Positions 1-7,107 of a stretch of 15,494 nucleotides of DNA are shown piece by piece; the first letter of the stretch is position 1, and the number at the start of each line of letters is the position of its first letter. The notes below the pieces were generated by a model, which did no database searches, was not told where the DNA came from, and worked only from the letters and a program-made list of their open reading frames with translations. The position numbers were made by a program, and so were the translations under genes. The stretch spans positions 1-15,494 of the forward strand of contig CAWDFP010000013.1 of NCBI GenBank assembly GCA_963801605.1. The letters are read 5' to 3'. The DNA comes from an uncultured candidate division Zixibacteria bacterium. Its GTDB lineage: Bacteria; Zixibacteria; MSB-5A5; UBA10806.

Positions 1-135
1 ACTTGTGTTCTGTACGATTTCTTTAATATCAAAAAGCGGTTGCAATATGGCAATCTATATCTTAAGTAATGAATCACAATATCTGAAATGATTGATAACG
101 CTTGCTTGGATTGCCGCCTAATCGCTGGAGGAGAA

Positions 136-602
136 ATGGACACCAAACCGCAGAAGCTGTCACATGCGGAACTAATCAAACTGCGCACGCCGGTGAAGAA
201 TGCTAACCTGGCGCATAAGGAGACTCTCACCAGGCTTGAGAAATTCTCGCTGGCCGTCACCGAGCACATTGGCACAATGGGATTTTTCTTTGTGGTTTTC
301 GCCTGGACCGCACTCTGGCTGGGCTGGAACACGTTAGCCCCTCAAGGATCACGGTTCGACCCGTTGCCCCGGCGTTTGTCCTCTGGCTGTTTATATCCAA
401 TATGTTACAGATTTTCCTGATGCCGCTGATAATGATTGGCCAGAATTTGCAGGGACGTCACGCGGAAATCCGGGCCGAGACCGATTTTGAGGTGAATGTG
501 AAAGCGGAACGAGAAATCGAGGCGATCCTGCTGCACCTCGAAAATCAGAATGAGCTGATGCTGAGGATTCTGTCGCATTTGGAATCAAAAAAGGATAGCT
601 GA
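136..602 (+). CDS. DUF1003-like small membrane protein, split by a frameshift near 364-368 (track ORFs 88..420 and 402..602)
   Basis: ATG at 136 follows RBS GGAGGAG (127-133). The first frame reads ...HIGTMGFFFVVFAWTALWLGWN...RFDP. The second frame from 369 continues PAFVLWLFISNMLQIFLMPLIMIGQNLQGRHAEIRAETDFEVNVKAEREI. Together they give the FDPxP...PLIMxxQN...AExDYEVNLKAE pattern I recognise as DUF1003. Confidence 0.8.
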
Positions 603-607
603 CCGCT

Positions 608-672
608 GTAGGTGTCGGGTTCGGAGATCCGACACCACAAATAAATTGGGGTCATAATAAATTATGACACCC
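608..672. repeat. REP-like palindrome pair: GTAG-GTGTCGG...CCGACACC hairpin followed by GTCATAAT-aa-ATTATGAC hairpin
   Basis: Inverted repeats GGTGTCGG (611-618)/CCGACACC (629-636) with GTAG at 608-611, and GTCATAAT (651-658)/ATTATGAC (661-668), right after the stop codon at 602. Confidence 0.7.
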
Positions 673-722
673 AGGAGGAGGTAGGCGCGCGACGACCCCG
701 GGCAGGGCCGGGGGCCCGACCG

Positions 723-792
723 GGTGTCGGGTTCGCGACGCGACCCCGAGCAAATTGGGGCCATAATGATTGTGCACCATTTAATGACATCC
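723..792. repeat. Degenerate second copy of the 611-672 composite element
   Basis: Shares GGTGTCGGGTTCG, AAATTGGGG(T/C)CATAAT and ATGACA(C/T)CCA with 611-672 in the same order. Confidence 0.6.
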
Positions 793-798
793 AATTTT

Positions 799-841
799 GT
801 CGGGTTTCTCGCTCACAAGGTTCGCTCGGAACCCGACCTAC
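799..841 (-). repeat. GTAG-type REP-like element, family GTCGGGTTTCTCG...CTCGGAACCCGACCTAC
   Basis: Arms GTCGGGTTTC/GGAACCCGAC followed by CTAC (GTAG on the minus strand). Related copies lie at 2659, 2871 and 15477. Confidence 0.8.
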
Positions 842-940
842 ATGGGGATTATTTTACGGATTTAAACATGGGCGATTTAGACACTCTCCACAAACGGGAA
901 CCGTTTTATATTGTTTGTTCGTTAGATAGCAAATCAATAT

Positions 941-967
941 TCATCGGGGTAAAAACTGCCCCGATGA
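941..967 (+). other. Stem-loop just upstream of the 998..1456 gene
   Basis: TCATCGGGG (941-949) pairs with CCCCGATGA (959-967), about 10 nt upstream of the GGAGGGAG RBS. Function unknown. Confidence 0.45.
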
Positions 968-997
968 CCCATAATTCAGGAGGGAGAGGCAAATACT

Positions 998-1456
998 ATG
1001 AAAACCACTATCAAGATTCTGGTGACATTCGCTATGGGATTGCTAATACCGCTTACAATCCTACTGGCGCAAAATGCGGCGACATTGTTCAGCTATTGTT
1101 GGGCGAATGGCGTAATTTATAGCCTGGTCATTCCATCAAATGCCCAGATAAACACCGATTTGCGAACCAATATCTATGTTTTCCACAAACTCGCGGGCCA
1201 GCGTCCGGTAGCCGAAAAAGGCCCGGGCGATGTTGACTTTTATGATGGGCATTTTAATACGATCATGGTTGACTTTACTCCGGAGGGAATCAAGGCGCTC
1301 GATCCTAACAGCGACGGAAACTGCGAATTTGAAATCACCAGCGGTAAAATGGTTAAAGAGTATATCAAGTTAGGATATCTGAAAATAACCGGCAAGGGCG
1401 CCCCGTTAGATGCGAATTTGGTATCTCCCGGGCCATATATGCCTCCGGCCAAGTAA
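998..1456 (+). CDS. Secreted/exported hypothetical protein (152 aa)
   Basis: Purine-rich RBS region (GGAGGGAGAGG) upstream, Sec-type signal peptide MKTTIKILVTFAMGLLIPLTILLA-Q, and a Dx[DN]xDG-like loop DPNSDGNCEFE. Confidence 0.75.
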   Translation: MKTTIKILVTFAMGLLIPLTILLAQNAATLFSYCWANGVIYSLVIPSNAQINTDLRTNIYVFHKLAGQRPVAEKGPGDVDFYDGHFNTIMVDFTPEGIKALDPNSDGNCEFEITSGKMVKEYIKLGYLKITGKGAPLDANLVSPGPYMPPAK

Positions 1457-1480
1457 CAGCAAATAGGATGTTGGGTTTCC

Positions 1481-1515
1481 AATAAAATTAAACCGGGGAT
1501 CGTGGGGATCCCCGG
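1481..1515 (-). terminator. Intrinsic terminator between convergent genes, with the better U-tract on the minus strand
   Basis: CCGGGGATC (1493-1501)/GATCCCCGG (1507-1515) is a perfect 9-bp stem, and the minus strand continues TTTAATTTTATT. Confidence 0.7.
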
Positions 1516-1569
1516 ATTTAAAAAAAGATTTATCAAGCTCCGGGAGCAAGATAATTTAGAAATGGTATC

Positions 1570-1677
1570 TTACGCTTTGGCCCTGGCCTTTTTGGCCGCC
1601 TTAAACGGATTCCAAACGAAATATAAAACCGCCGCTACCGTCGCCAGAACTCCCGTGATGATCAGTGCTAATTTCAT
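1570..1677 (-). CDS. 35-aa single-pass membrane microprotein MKLALIITGVLATVAAVLYFVWNPFKAAKKARAKA (not in the ORF track)
   Basis: ATG at 1677 preceded by GGAATAGGGGGCAGTAT (SD-like AGGGGG about 6 nt upstream). About 20 hydrophobic residues are followed by a Lys/Ala-rich basic tail. TAA is at 1572-1570, with the terminator at 1515-1481 downstream. Confidence 0.7.
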   Translation of the reverse strand: MKLALIITGVLATVAAVLYFVWNPFKAAKKARAKA

Positions 1678-1763
1678 ATACTGCCCCCTATTCCTTGATT
1701 GAAAAAACAAAAACGTTTTCGATTTTCGTAATCGTAAACTAAGAGACGGCTGATTATGTTTCG

Positions 1764-2534
1764 CTATTCTCCGTTATGAACCTTAGTTGCGGTAAAATAT
1801 TCGGGAGTCCGGTTACAGGAACCCACCAGACAAAACGGATCGCCGATATTCAGAGGCTCGCCAATAGCGTAACCCAATCCATATTTAACACCGATCTGAC
1901 CGCCAAAGCCGCGCGCCATCGATTCCAAAAACCAGAGGTAATCATTATGTTTGGCAGGGTTGAGAAATTGCGAACGGTGCGCCGAAAGGGCTTTGATCCA
2001 GTCCTCAAATTCATTGGTGATATCCACAATAAATGTAGGGGTGACCTCCGGCGGCAGAAAATAATGGAATAATCCCCCAATAATATGCGGCGGCTCGTCG
2101 ACAGGCAGTTTTTTCAGCGTGGCATAATTAGCGGCATTAACAATAATTTTCCCGCAGGCAACGTGATCGGGATGGCTGGCCCGCTTGCCATGCCCGCCGG
2201 CCGGCCAGGGCGCCAAAACGATTTTGGGTTTGTAGCGCCTGATAAAAGCGGCGGCAGCCAGCCGCGATTGGTAATTATCCTCGACCTTACAATCACCCAG
2301 ATCGAGATGCCCCAGAAGCCGGGTTTCCATAATGGCGGCGGCGTCAATGACCTCCTGACGGCGGACCTCAGCCGTTCCGCCGGTGCCCATCTCCCCTTGC
2401 GTAAGAATCACGATTCCGGTTTTATAGCCCCTCTTGCGAAGCTTAATCAGCAGGCCGCCGCAGCCAACCTCAATATCGTCGGGATGCGCGCCAAAGGCCA
2501 GGAGATCGACCGGTTCATTAGTATCAGTTGCCAT
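1764..2534 (-). CDS. bshB1: PIG-L/LmbE-family Zn-dependent deacetylase, BshB1-like (GlcNAc-malate deacetylase of bacillithiol synthesis)
   Basis: Motifs DLLAFGAHPDDIEVGCGG, LTQGEMGTGGT-x3-RRQE, HPDH, F-I-V-D-I-T and K-x2-A-x2-AHxSQF. AAGGA RBS upstream. The family is secure; the exact substrate is inferred. Confidence 0.8.
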   Translation of the reverse strand: MATDTNEPVDLLAFGAHPDDIEVGCGGLLIKLRKRGYKTGIVILTQGEMGTGGTAEVRRQEVIDAAAIMETRLLGHLDLGDCKVEDNYQSRLAAAAFIRRYKPKIVLAPWPAGGHGKRASHPDHVACGKIIVNAANYATLKKLPVDEPPHIIGGLFHYFLPPEVTPTFIVDITNEFEDWIKALSAHRSQFLNPAKHNDYLWFLESMARGFGGQIGVKYGLGYAIGEPLNIGDPFCLVGSCNRTPEYFTATKVHNGE

Positions 2535-2617
2535 TTTGAAATCCTTTTAAGATAATTTGATGGATCATTCTCTTCAAACAAACGAATACAGACTATACCG
2601 CAAATTCAATATGATTA

Positions 2618-2646
2618 ATACTAATATTTCGATGAGAGAGTTTCAA
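2618..2646 (-). promoter_or_regulatory. Candidate sigma70-type promoter for bshB1
   Basis: Minus strand TTGAAA-N17-TAGTAT, about 85 nt upstream of the ATG. Confidence 0.4.
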
Positions 2647-2655
2647 CCTGGCAGG

Positions 2656-2909
2656 CAGGTCGGGTTTCTCGTCCAAGGAAACCGAAATTGAGATGCCCTG
2701 CGCGTCAGGTTCGGGGCCTGACGCCACGGGTAATAACACGTATTGTTTTATAGGAAAGTAATTTAATGCAAAGATTCAAATTGCCACGGTCGAAGCGACC
2801 TAGCAATGACACGTTTGTTTTTGACCATTGTCAAGACCCTGAGGGGGTCTTGATCTACCGTTACAACAGTGTCGGGTTTCTCGTCCGGGGGACTCGGAAC
2901 CCGACCTAC
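2656..2909. repeat. Cluster of five REP-like palindromes between nusB and bshB1
   Basis: GTCGGGTTTCTCGTCC...GAAACCGA (2659-2685); GCGTCAGG/CCTGACGC (2702-2724); TTGCCACGGTCGAAGCGACCTAGCAATGAC (2781-2810); TCAAGACCC/GGGTCTTGA plus TCTAC (2831-2858); GTCGGGTTTC...GGAACCCGAC plus CTAC (2871-2909). Confidence 0.75.
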
Positions 2910-2925
2910 TTTACATAAAAAGCCA

Positions 2926-3354
2926 TTAATTGCCGCCGGCGGTATCGCCCTGCAAGTCTTTGCTGAGAGCATCGAGTACGCCGTTAACGAATCGTCCTGA
3001 ATCGGCAGAGCCGTAAAGTTTGGCCAGTTCGATGGCTTCATCGATCGTCACCTTTTTGGGAATTTCGGGGAAATAATTCAATTCCGCAAGACCCAGGCGC
3101 AGGATATTCTTATCGATAGTAGCCAGGCGAGCCAAGTCCCAGTTGTCTATATGACGGGCGATAATTCTATCGAGTTCAGCGATATTTTCGGTGGCTTTGC
3201 TCAGCAGCGCCAGGGCGAACTCGGAACCTTCCTTATCGAGTTGATGCCTGTCCTGAGAATAAGGAAAGATATCCTCGATTTTAACATCGCCCCGAATTTC
3301 GTAACTGTAGAGGCATTCCAGAACGGCCTCTCGCGCTTTTCGTCTCTGCCCCAT
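2926..3354 (-). CDS. nusB: Transcription antitermination factor NusB
   Basis: RRKAREAV, NWDLARLATIDKNILRLG, IDEAIELAKLYG and FVNGVLD motifs. The start overlaps the ribH stop (TGATG). Confidence 0.97.
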   Translation of the reverse strand: MGQRRKAREAVLECLYSYEIRGDVKIEDIFPYSQDRHQLDKEGSEFALALLSKATENIAELDRIIARHIDNWDLARLATIDKNILRLGLAELNYFPEIPKKVTIDEAIELAKLYGSADSGRFVNGVLDALSKDLQGDTAGGN

Positions 3355-3818
3355 CAGATTTTACCAAAGAGGTTGACCATTTCGATGGCGGTTTGGGCAG
3401 CCTGGAAACCCTTGTTGCCCTGCTTGGTACCGGCCCGCTCGATAGCCTGCTCAAGGTTATCAGCGGTGATGATACCGTAGATGGCCGGATATGATTTTTT
3501 TATGCCGATATGGGCGATCCCCTTGGCAGTTTCAGACGCGATATAATCGAAATGCGGAGTCTGGCCGCGAATCACCGCGCCCAGGCAAATAACGGCGTCA
3601 TACTTTTTGGGGTCGGCCAAGTGCGCGGCAACATAGGGTATTTCAAAAGAACCGGGCACCCAGACAATAGTAATATCTGTTTCAGCAGCGCCGTGGCGCA
3701 ACAGGCAATCGATAGCGCCATCTTTAAGTTTGGTCGTCAGGAAATCGTTAAATCTCGAAACCACGATCGCGAATTTCTTTCCCGCGGCATTGAGTTCTCC
3801 ACCAATTTCTTTTACCAT
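3354..3818 (-). CDS. ribH: 6,7-dimethyl-8-ribityllumazine synthase
   Basis: IVVSRFN, VPGSFEIP, LGAVIRGQTPHFDYIA and QAIERAGTKQGNKG motifs. Confidence 0.98.
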   Translation of the reverse strand: MVKEIGGELNAAGKKFAIVVSRFNDFLTTKLKDGAIDCLLRHGAAETDITIVWVPGSFEIPYVAAHLADPKKYDAVICLGAVIRGQTPHFDYIASETAKGIAHIGIKKSYPAIYGIITADNLEQAIERAGTKQGNKGFQAAQTAIEMVNLFGKI

Positions 3819-3854
3819 TTTGAACCTCTTACTTTATTCGTTAATATCATCATT

Positions 3855-5060
3855 TTATAACTCATCTAAAAGATGCCCCAGTTTATCTCGCTTGGTTTCG
3901 AGATAAAAAGTGTTGTGTTTATTGGGCTCAATCTGAAGGGGCACACGGTCTGTGACTTTAAGATTATATCCCTCAAGACCGACAATTTTCTTGGGGTTGT
4001 TTGTAATGAGCCTGATTGTCGTCAAACCAAGATCGGATAGAATCTGCGCGCCGATACCATAATCCCGCAAATCAGCAGGGAACCCGAGATCGGCGTTGGC
4101 CTCGACCGTATCCCGTCCCTGATCCTGAAGCTTGTAGGCCAGGATTTTGTTTGCCAAACCGATGCCACGTCCCTCCTGCCTCATATAGAGCACCACACCA
4201 AGCCCCTCGGCTTCGATAAGCTCCATCGATTTAACAAGCTGCTCGCCACAGTCGCATCGGCAAGAACCGAAAACATCGCCGGTAAGGCAGGATGAATGCA
4301 CTCGCACCAGGACATTTTCCTTACCGCGGACATCACCTTTTTCAAGGGCCAGATGATGGTGATCGTCAACGGAACTGCGGTAAAGATGCAGTCGAAAGGC
4401 ACCGTGATGAGTGGGGAATTTAACAGTTGTGACTCGTTCGACCATTTTTTCATTGACGCGCCGATAACGAATAAGCTCCTCGACACTAACGATTGGAAGA
4501 TTGAATTTTTTCGCTAATTCCATCAAGCCCGGCCGACGAGCCATGCTGCCGTCATCGTCGAGAATTTCACAGAGAACGCCGTAAGGTTGAAGCCCCGCCA
4601 GGCGGCAGAGATCGACGGTGGCTTCAGTGTGACCGGCACGCGTGAGAACGCCTCCAACCAAAGCCTCGATTGGGAAAATATGCCCCGGCCGCCCAAGATC
4701 ATCGGGGACGGTATTGGGATCAGCCAAAGCCTTGATGGTGATTGACCGATCCATCGTAGATATACCGGTGGTAGTACCTCGGACAGCATCAACGGAGACG
4801 GTAAAGCGAGTACCGTGCAGCGCGGTATTTATCTGCACCATTGGCTCGAGCTGCAGCTTTTGGATGCGGTCGGCCGGCATCGGGACACAGATCAGGCCGC
4901 GGCCATACTTGGTAAGAAAATTAACATTCTCCGGAGTGATAAATTGAGCGGCCATGACGAGATCGCCTTCATTTTCGCGGTCTTCGTCATCGACAACAAT
5001 TATCATCTTGCCCGCTTTTATCGCTTCTATTGCTTGTTCGATTTTCGAAAAATCCGTCAT
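3855..5060 (-). CDS. ribBA: Bifunctional 3,4-dihydroxy-2-butanone-4-phosphate synthase / GTP cyclohydrolase II
   Basis: DDEDRENEGDL, RPGHIFP and RAGHTEA (RibB); RVHSSCLTGDVFGSCRCDCG and QEGRGIGL (RibA). GAGGT RBS. Confidence 0.98.
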   Translation of the reverse strand: MTDFSKIEQAIEAIKAGKMIIVVDDEDRENEGDLVMAAQFITPENVNFLTKYGRGLICVPMPADRIQKLQLEPMVQINTALHGTRFTVSVDAVRGTTTGISTMDRSITIKALADPNTVPDDLGRPGHIFPIEALVGGVLTRAGHTEATVDLCRLAGLQPYGVLCEILDDDGSMARRPGLMELAKKFNLPIVSVEELIRYRRVNEKMVERVTTVKFPTHHGAFRLHLYRSSVDDHHHLALEKGDVRGKENVLVRVHSSCLTGDVFGSCRCDCGEQLVKSMELIEAEGLGVVLYMRQEGRGIGLANKILAYKLQDQGRDTVEANADLGFPADLRDYGIGAQILSDLGLTTIRLITNNPKKIVGLEGYNLKVTDRVPLQIEPNKHNTFYLETKRDKLGHLLDEL

Positions 5061-5125
5061 ATTACCTCATTGGAAAGCCGCTTCGAAGGCGGCGGCGTGT
5101 TACTAACAAGCGCATTAATAAAAAA

Positions 5126-5758
5126 TTAAAAACCATGCTCCCTGAGAAAATCAGAATTTATTTTGCTTTCGCGCGGAGAAATCATCCGCTCGATATACTT
5201 GGCAATCATATCGAATTCCAGATTGACCCTATCCCCTACCTTGCTGTCGCGAAAGATGGTGTTTTCCATTGTATGGGGAATAACCGAGACTGTCAACGAG
5301 GTCGGAGTAGTTTGGGTAATTGTCAGGCTGACCCCGTCAATAGCGATTGAACCTTTTTCAATCACATATTTGGTATACTCCTGTGGGTACTCAATTTTAA
5401 AGAGGCGGCTGCCATCAAGAGGCTTGATTTCCAGGATTTCGGCTACGCAATCGATATGACCCTGGACGAGGTGACCATGTAAAAGATCATTCAAGCCCAG
5501 AGGAAGCTCTATGTTGACAGGAGAACCGCTTTTCAGCGCGCCGAGATTGGTACGGCTCAGAGTTTCCTTGACCGCCTCGACTTTGAAGCGCTCTCGGTCA
5601 TGCGAAATAACTGTCTGGCAGGCGCCATTGATGGAAACTGAAGCCCCAATTTCAAGTTTGGGAGCGATCTTTTTGGCGGCGATATCAAGCATCAAATTAC
5701 CATGAGAAAGCGCCACAGATTTGAGTGTGCCAATTTCTTGAATTATTCCGGTAAACAT
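5126..5758 (-). CDS. ribE: Riboflavin synthase (alpha chain; ribC in E. coli naming)
   Basis: MFTGII N-terminus, SVSINGACQTV, GHLVQGHID, KGSIAIDGVSLT and VNLEFD motifs. Confidence 0.97.
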   Translation of the reverse strand: MFTGIIQEIGTLKSVALSHGNLMLDIAAKKIAPKLEIGASVSINGACQTVISHDRERFKVEAVKETLSRTNLGALKSGSPVNIELPLGLNDLLHGHLVQGHIDCVAEILEIKPLDGSRLFKIEYPQEYTKYVIEKGSIAIDGVSLTITQTTPTSLTVSVIPHTMENTIFRDSKVGDRVNLEFDMIAKYIERMISPRESKINSDFLREHGF

Positions 5759-5759
5759 A

Positions 5760-6833
5760 TTATTTCCATTTCAAATAACCGCTGATAATAAAATCCGGCC
5801 CCGATTTTTCCAACTGAACATCGCTCAGTTTGAGAGCCGCATTCAGCTTTTTTACTCCCAGATCGCCAATGGCGTCAAGGCCGTCCCCGATAAGGATTGG
5901 AGCTGTGCATGCAACGATTTTATCGGCCGCTTTCTGGGATAAAAACGAGGTGAACACTCCGGAGCCGCCCTCAACTAACACGGTCATGATGCCCATTTTC
6001 GCGAGCCTGGAAAGCAAGTCTTTAATAATGAGCCCTTTTCGACCTCCCCGGACTTGAATAACTTGAAAATTGCCCTGGCTGTTTCGAGCAGAAGCGGATA
6101 ATGTCGCTACATAGGTCGGAGATTGGTTATCGGTGAACAGGTCTTTGTTGAGCGGCACTTTCCCTGAAGCCGACAGCACGATGCGAATAGGGTTGGGGCC
6201 TTTGACAAGTCGGGTGGTGAGCTTAGGATTATCGGTTTCAAGTGTTCGGCGGCCAACGATTATGGCGTCATTGATAGCGCGAAGTTTATGGGCGTAAAGC
6301 AGGGATTCGGGAGATGATATCCATTGCGAATTGCCGGACTTAGTTGCAATACGGCCATCGAGACTTTGAGCAAATTTCAGAGTGACAAACGGTAATCCGG
6401 TGGTGATAAATTTGGCATAGGGGCGATAGAATTCGTTGGCCCGATCTCGCAGGATATCGTCAATGACTTCAATACCGGCTTTTCGGAGCTTCGAAAAACC
6501 TTGCCCGCAAACTACCGGATTGGGATCGCAGGTGGCGCTGACAACTCTGACAATACCGGCTGAGATGATGGCATCAGCGCAAGGCGGAGTTTTGCCAAAA
6601 TGGGAACAAGGTTCGAGAGTGGTGATAAGAGTGGCGCCTCGGGCCTTCTCCCCTGCGATTTTGAGAGCCTCTATTTCGGCGTGAGGCAGGCCGGCTTTGC
6701 GGTGATGGCCCTGGCCGATGATCTCGCCATCCTTAATGAGAATGGCGCCGACGGCAGGATTGGGCGAGGTGTATCCCAGCCCTTTTTCCGCCAGCTTGAA
6801 AGCTTTGGCCATTATTTTGTCAAATTCGCTCAT
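5760..6833 (-). CDS. ribD: Bifunctional diaminohydroxyphosphoribosylaminopyrimidine deaminase / reductase
   Basis: TSPNPAVGA, HAE, TLEPCSHFGKTPPC, SLDGRIAT and LVEGG motifs. The start is placed at ATG 6833 (MSEFDKIM...) because the track start at 6908 lies inside the riboswitch aptamer. Confidence 0.95.
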   Translation of the reverse strand: MSEFDKIMAKAFKLAEKGLGYTSPNPAVGAILIKDGEIIGQGHHRKAGLPHAEIEALKIAGEKARGATLITTLEPCSHFGKTPPCADAIISAGIVRVVSATCDPNPVVCGQGFSKLRKAGIEVIDDILRDRANEFYRPYAKFITTGLPFVTLKFAQSLDGRIATKSGNSQWISSPESLLYAHKLRAINDAIIVGRRTLETDNPKLTTRLVKGPNPIRIVLSASGKVPLNKDLFTDNQSPTYVATLSASARNSQGNFQVIQVRGGRKGLIIKDLLSRLAKMGIMTVLVEGGSGVFTSFLSQKAADKIVACTAPILIGDGLDAIGDLGVKKLNAALKLSDVQLEKSGPDFIISGYLKWK

Positions 6834-6858
6834 AAAAAAATACCCCGCGTTCGGGGCA
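6834..6858 (-). terminator. Riboswitch-controlled intrinsic terminator directly before the ribD ATG
   Basis: Minus strand TGCCCCG-AACG-CGGGGTA followed by TTTTTTT and then ATG. Confidence 0.8.
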
Positions 6859-6893
6859 AACAAGCGCATGCATAACGAGCCATAATTAGCTCG

Positions 6894-7016
6894 ATCATCT
6901 TCTCCCATCCGGACTATACCGTCGGCGCCGGGATTTCACCGGTTCAAGTCCAAAACATCTGGACGTCGCGGGCTTTGACCGCCGGTCGAGGATTTGCGCC
7001 TCGCCCCGAAGACGAT
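6894..7016 (-). ncRNA. FMN riboswitch (RFN element)
   Basis: Minus strand reads ATCGTCTTCGGGGCGAGG..CCTCGACCGGCGGTCAAAGCCCGCGA...CCGGTGAAATCCCGGCGCCGACGGTATAGTCCGGATGGGAGAAGATGAT. This matches the RFN consensus with a closing P1, and it lies upstream of the rib operon. Confidence 0.97.
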
Positions 7017-7019
7017 GCT

Positions 7020-7049
7020 AATATAGCCTGCTAAAACAGACGGTGTCAA
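7020..7049 (-). promoter_or_regulatory. Sigma70-type promoter of the rib operon
   Basis: Minus strand TTGACA-N18-TATATT, ending just before the riboswitch P1. Confidence 0.65.
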
Positions 7050-7053
7050 TGAT

Positions 7054-7081
7054 AAAGGCGGCCCCAACGAAGGCCGCCTTT
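7054..7081 (-). terminator. Intrinsic terminator-like hairpin of the 9216..7108 gene
   Basis: AAAGGCGGCC (7054-7063)/GGCCGCCTTT (7072-7081), 26 nt after the stop codon and just upstream of the rib promoter. Confidence 0.75.
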
Positions 7082-7107
7082 GAAAATCAAATCTTAATCG
7101 AATATAA

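Noticed and set aside
88..135. Upstream start of the DUF1003 gene at 88
   Set aside because: The strong RBS GGAGGAG at 127-133 points to ATG 136.
724..1122. 132-aa ORF, and also 585..794 and 2763..3041
   Set aside because: These run through REP-like palindromes and overlap better supported genes, with no protein-like features.
1502..1702. 66-aa plus-strand ORF
   Set aside because: It starts inside the terminator hairpin without an RBS and is antisense to the better supported smORF at 1570..1677.
608..2909. CRISPR array or integron attC cassettes
   Set aside because: The repeats are irregularly spaced, vary in loop length and lack uniform spacers or cas genes. They flank housekeeping genes, and there is no integrase or consistent RYYYAAC/GTTRRRY ends.
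5077..5093. GCCGC/GCGGC hairpin between ribE and ribBA as a terminator
   Set aside because: The stem is short with no U-tract on the coding strand; at most it is an mRNA stability or processing element.
6834..6908. 25-aa N-terminal extension of RibD (track start at 6908)
   Set aside because: It overlaps the FMN aptamer 3' end and the terminator. RibD similarity begins only after 6833.
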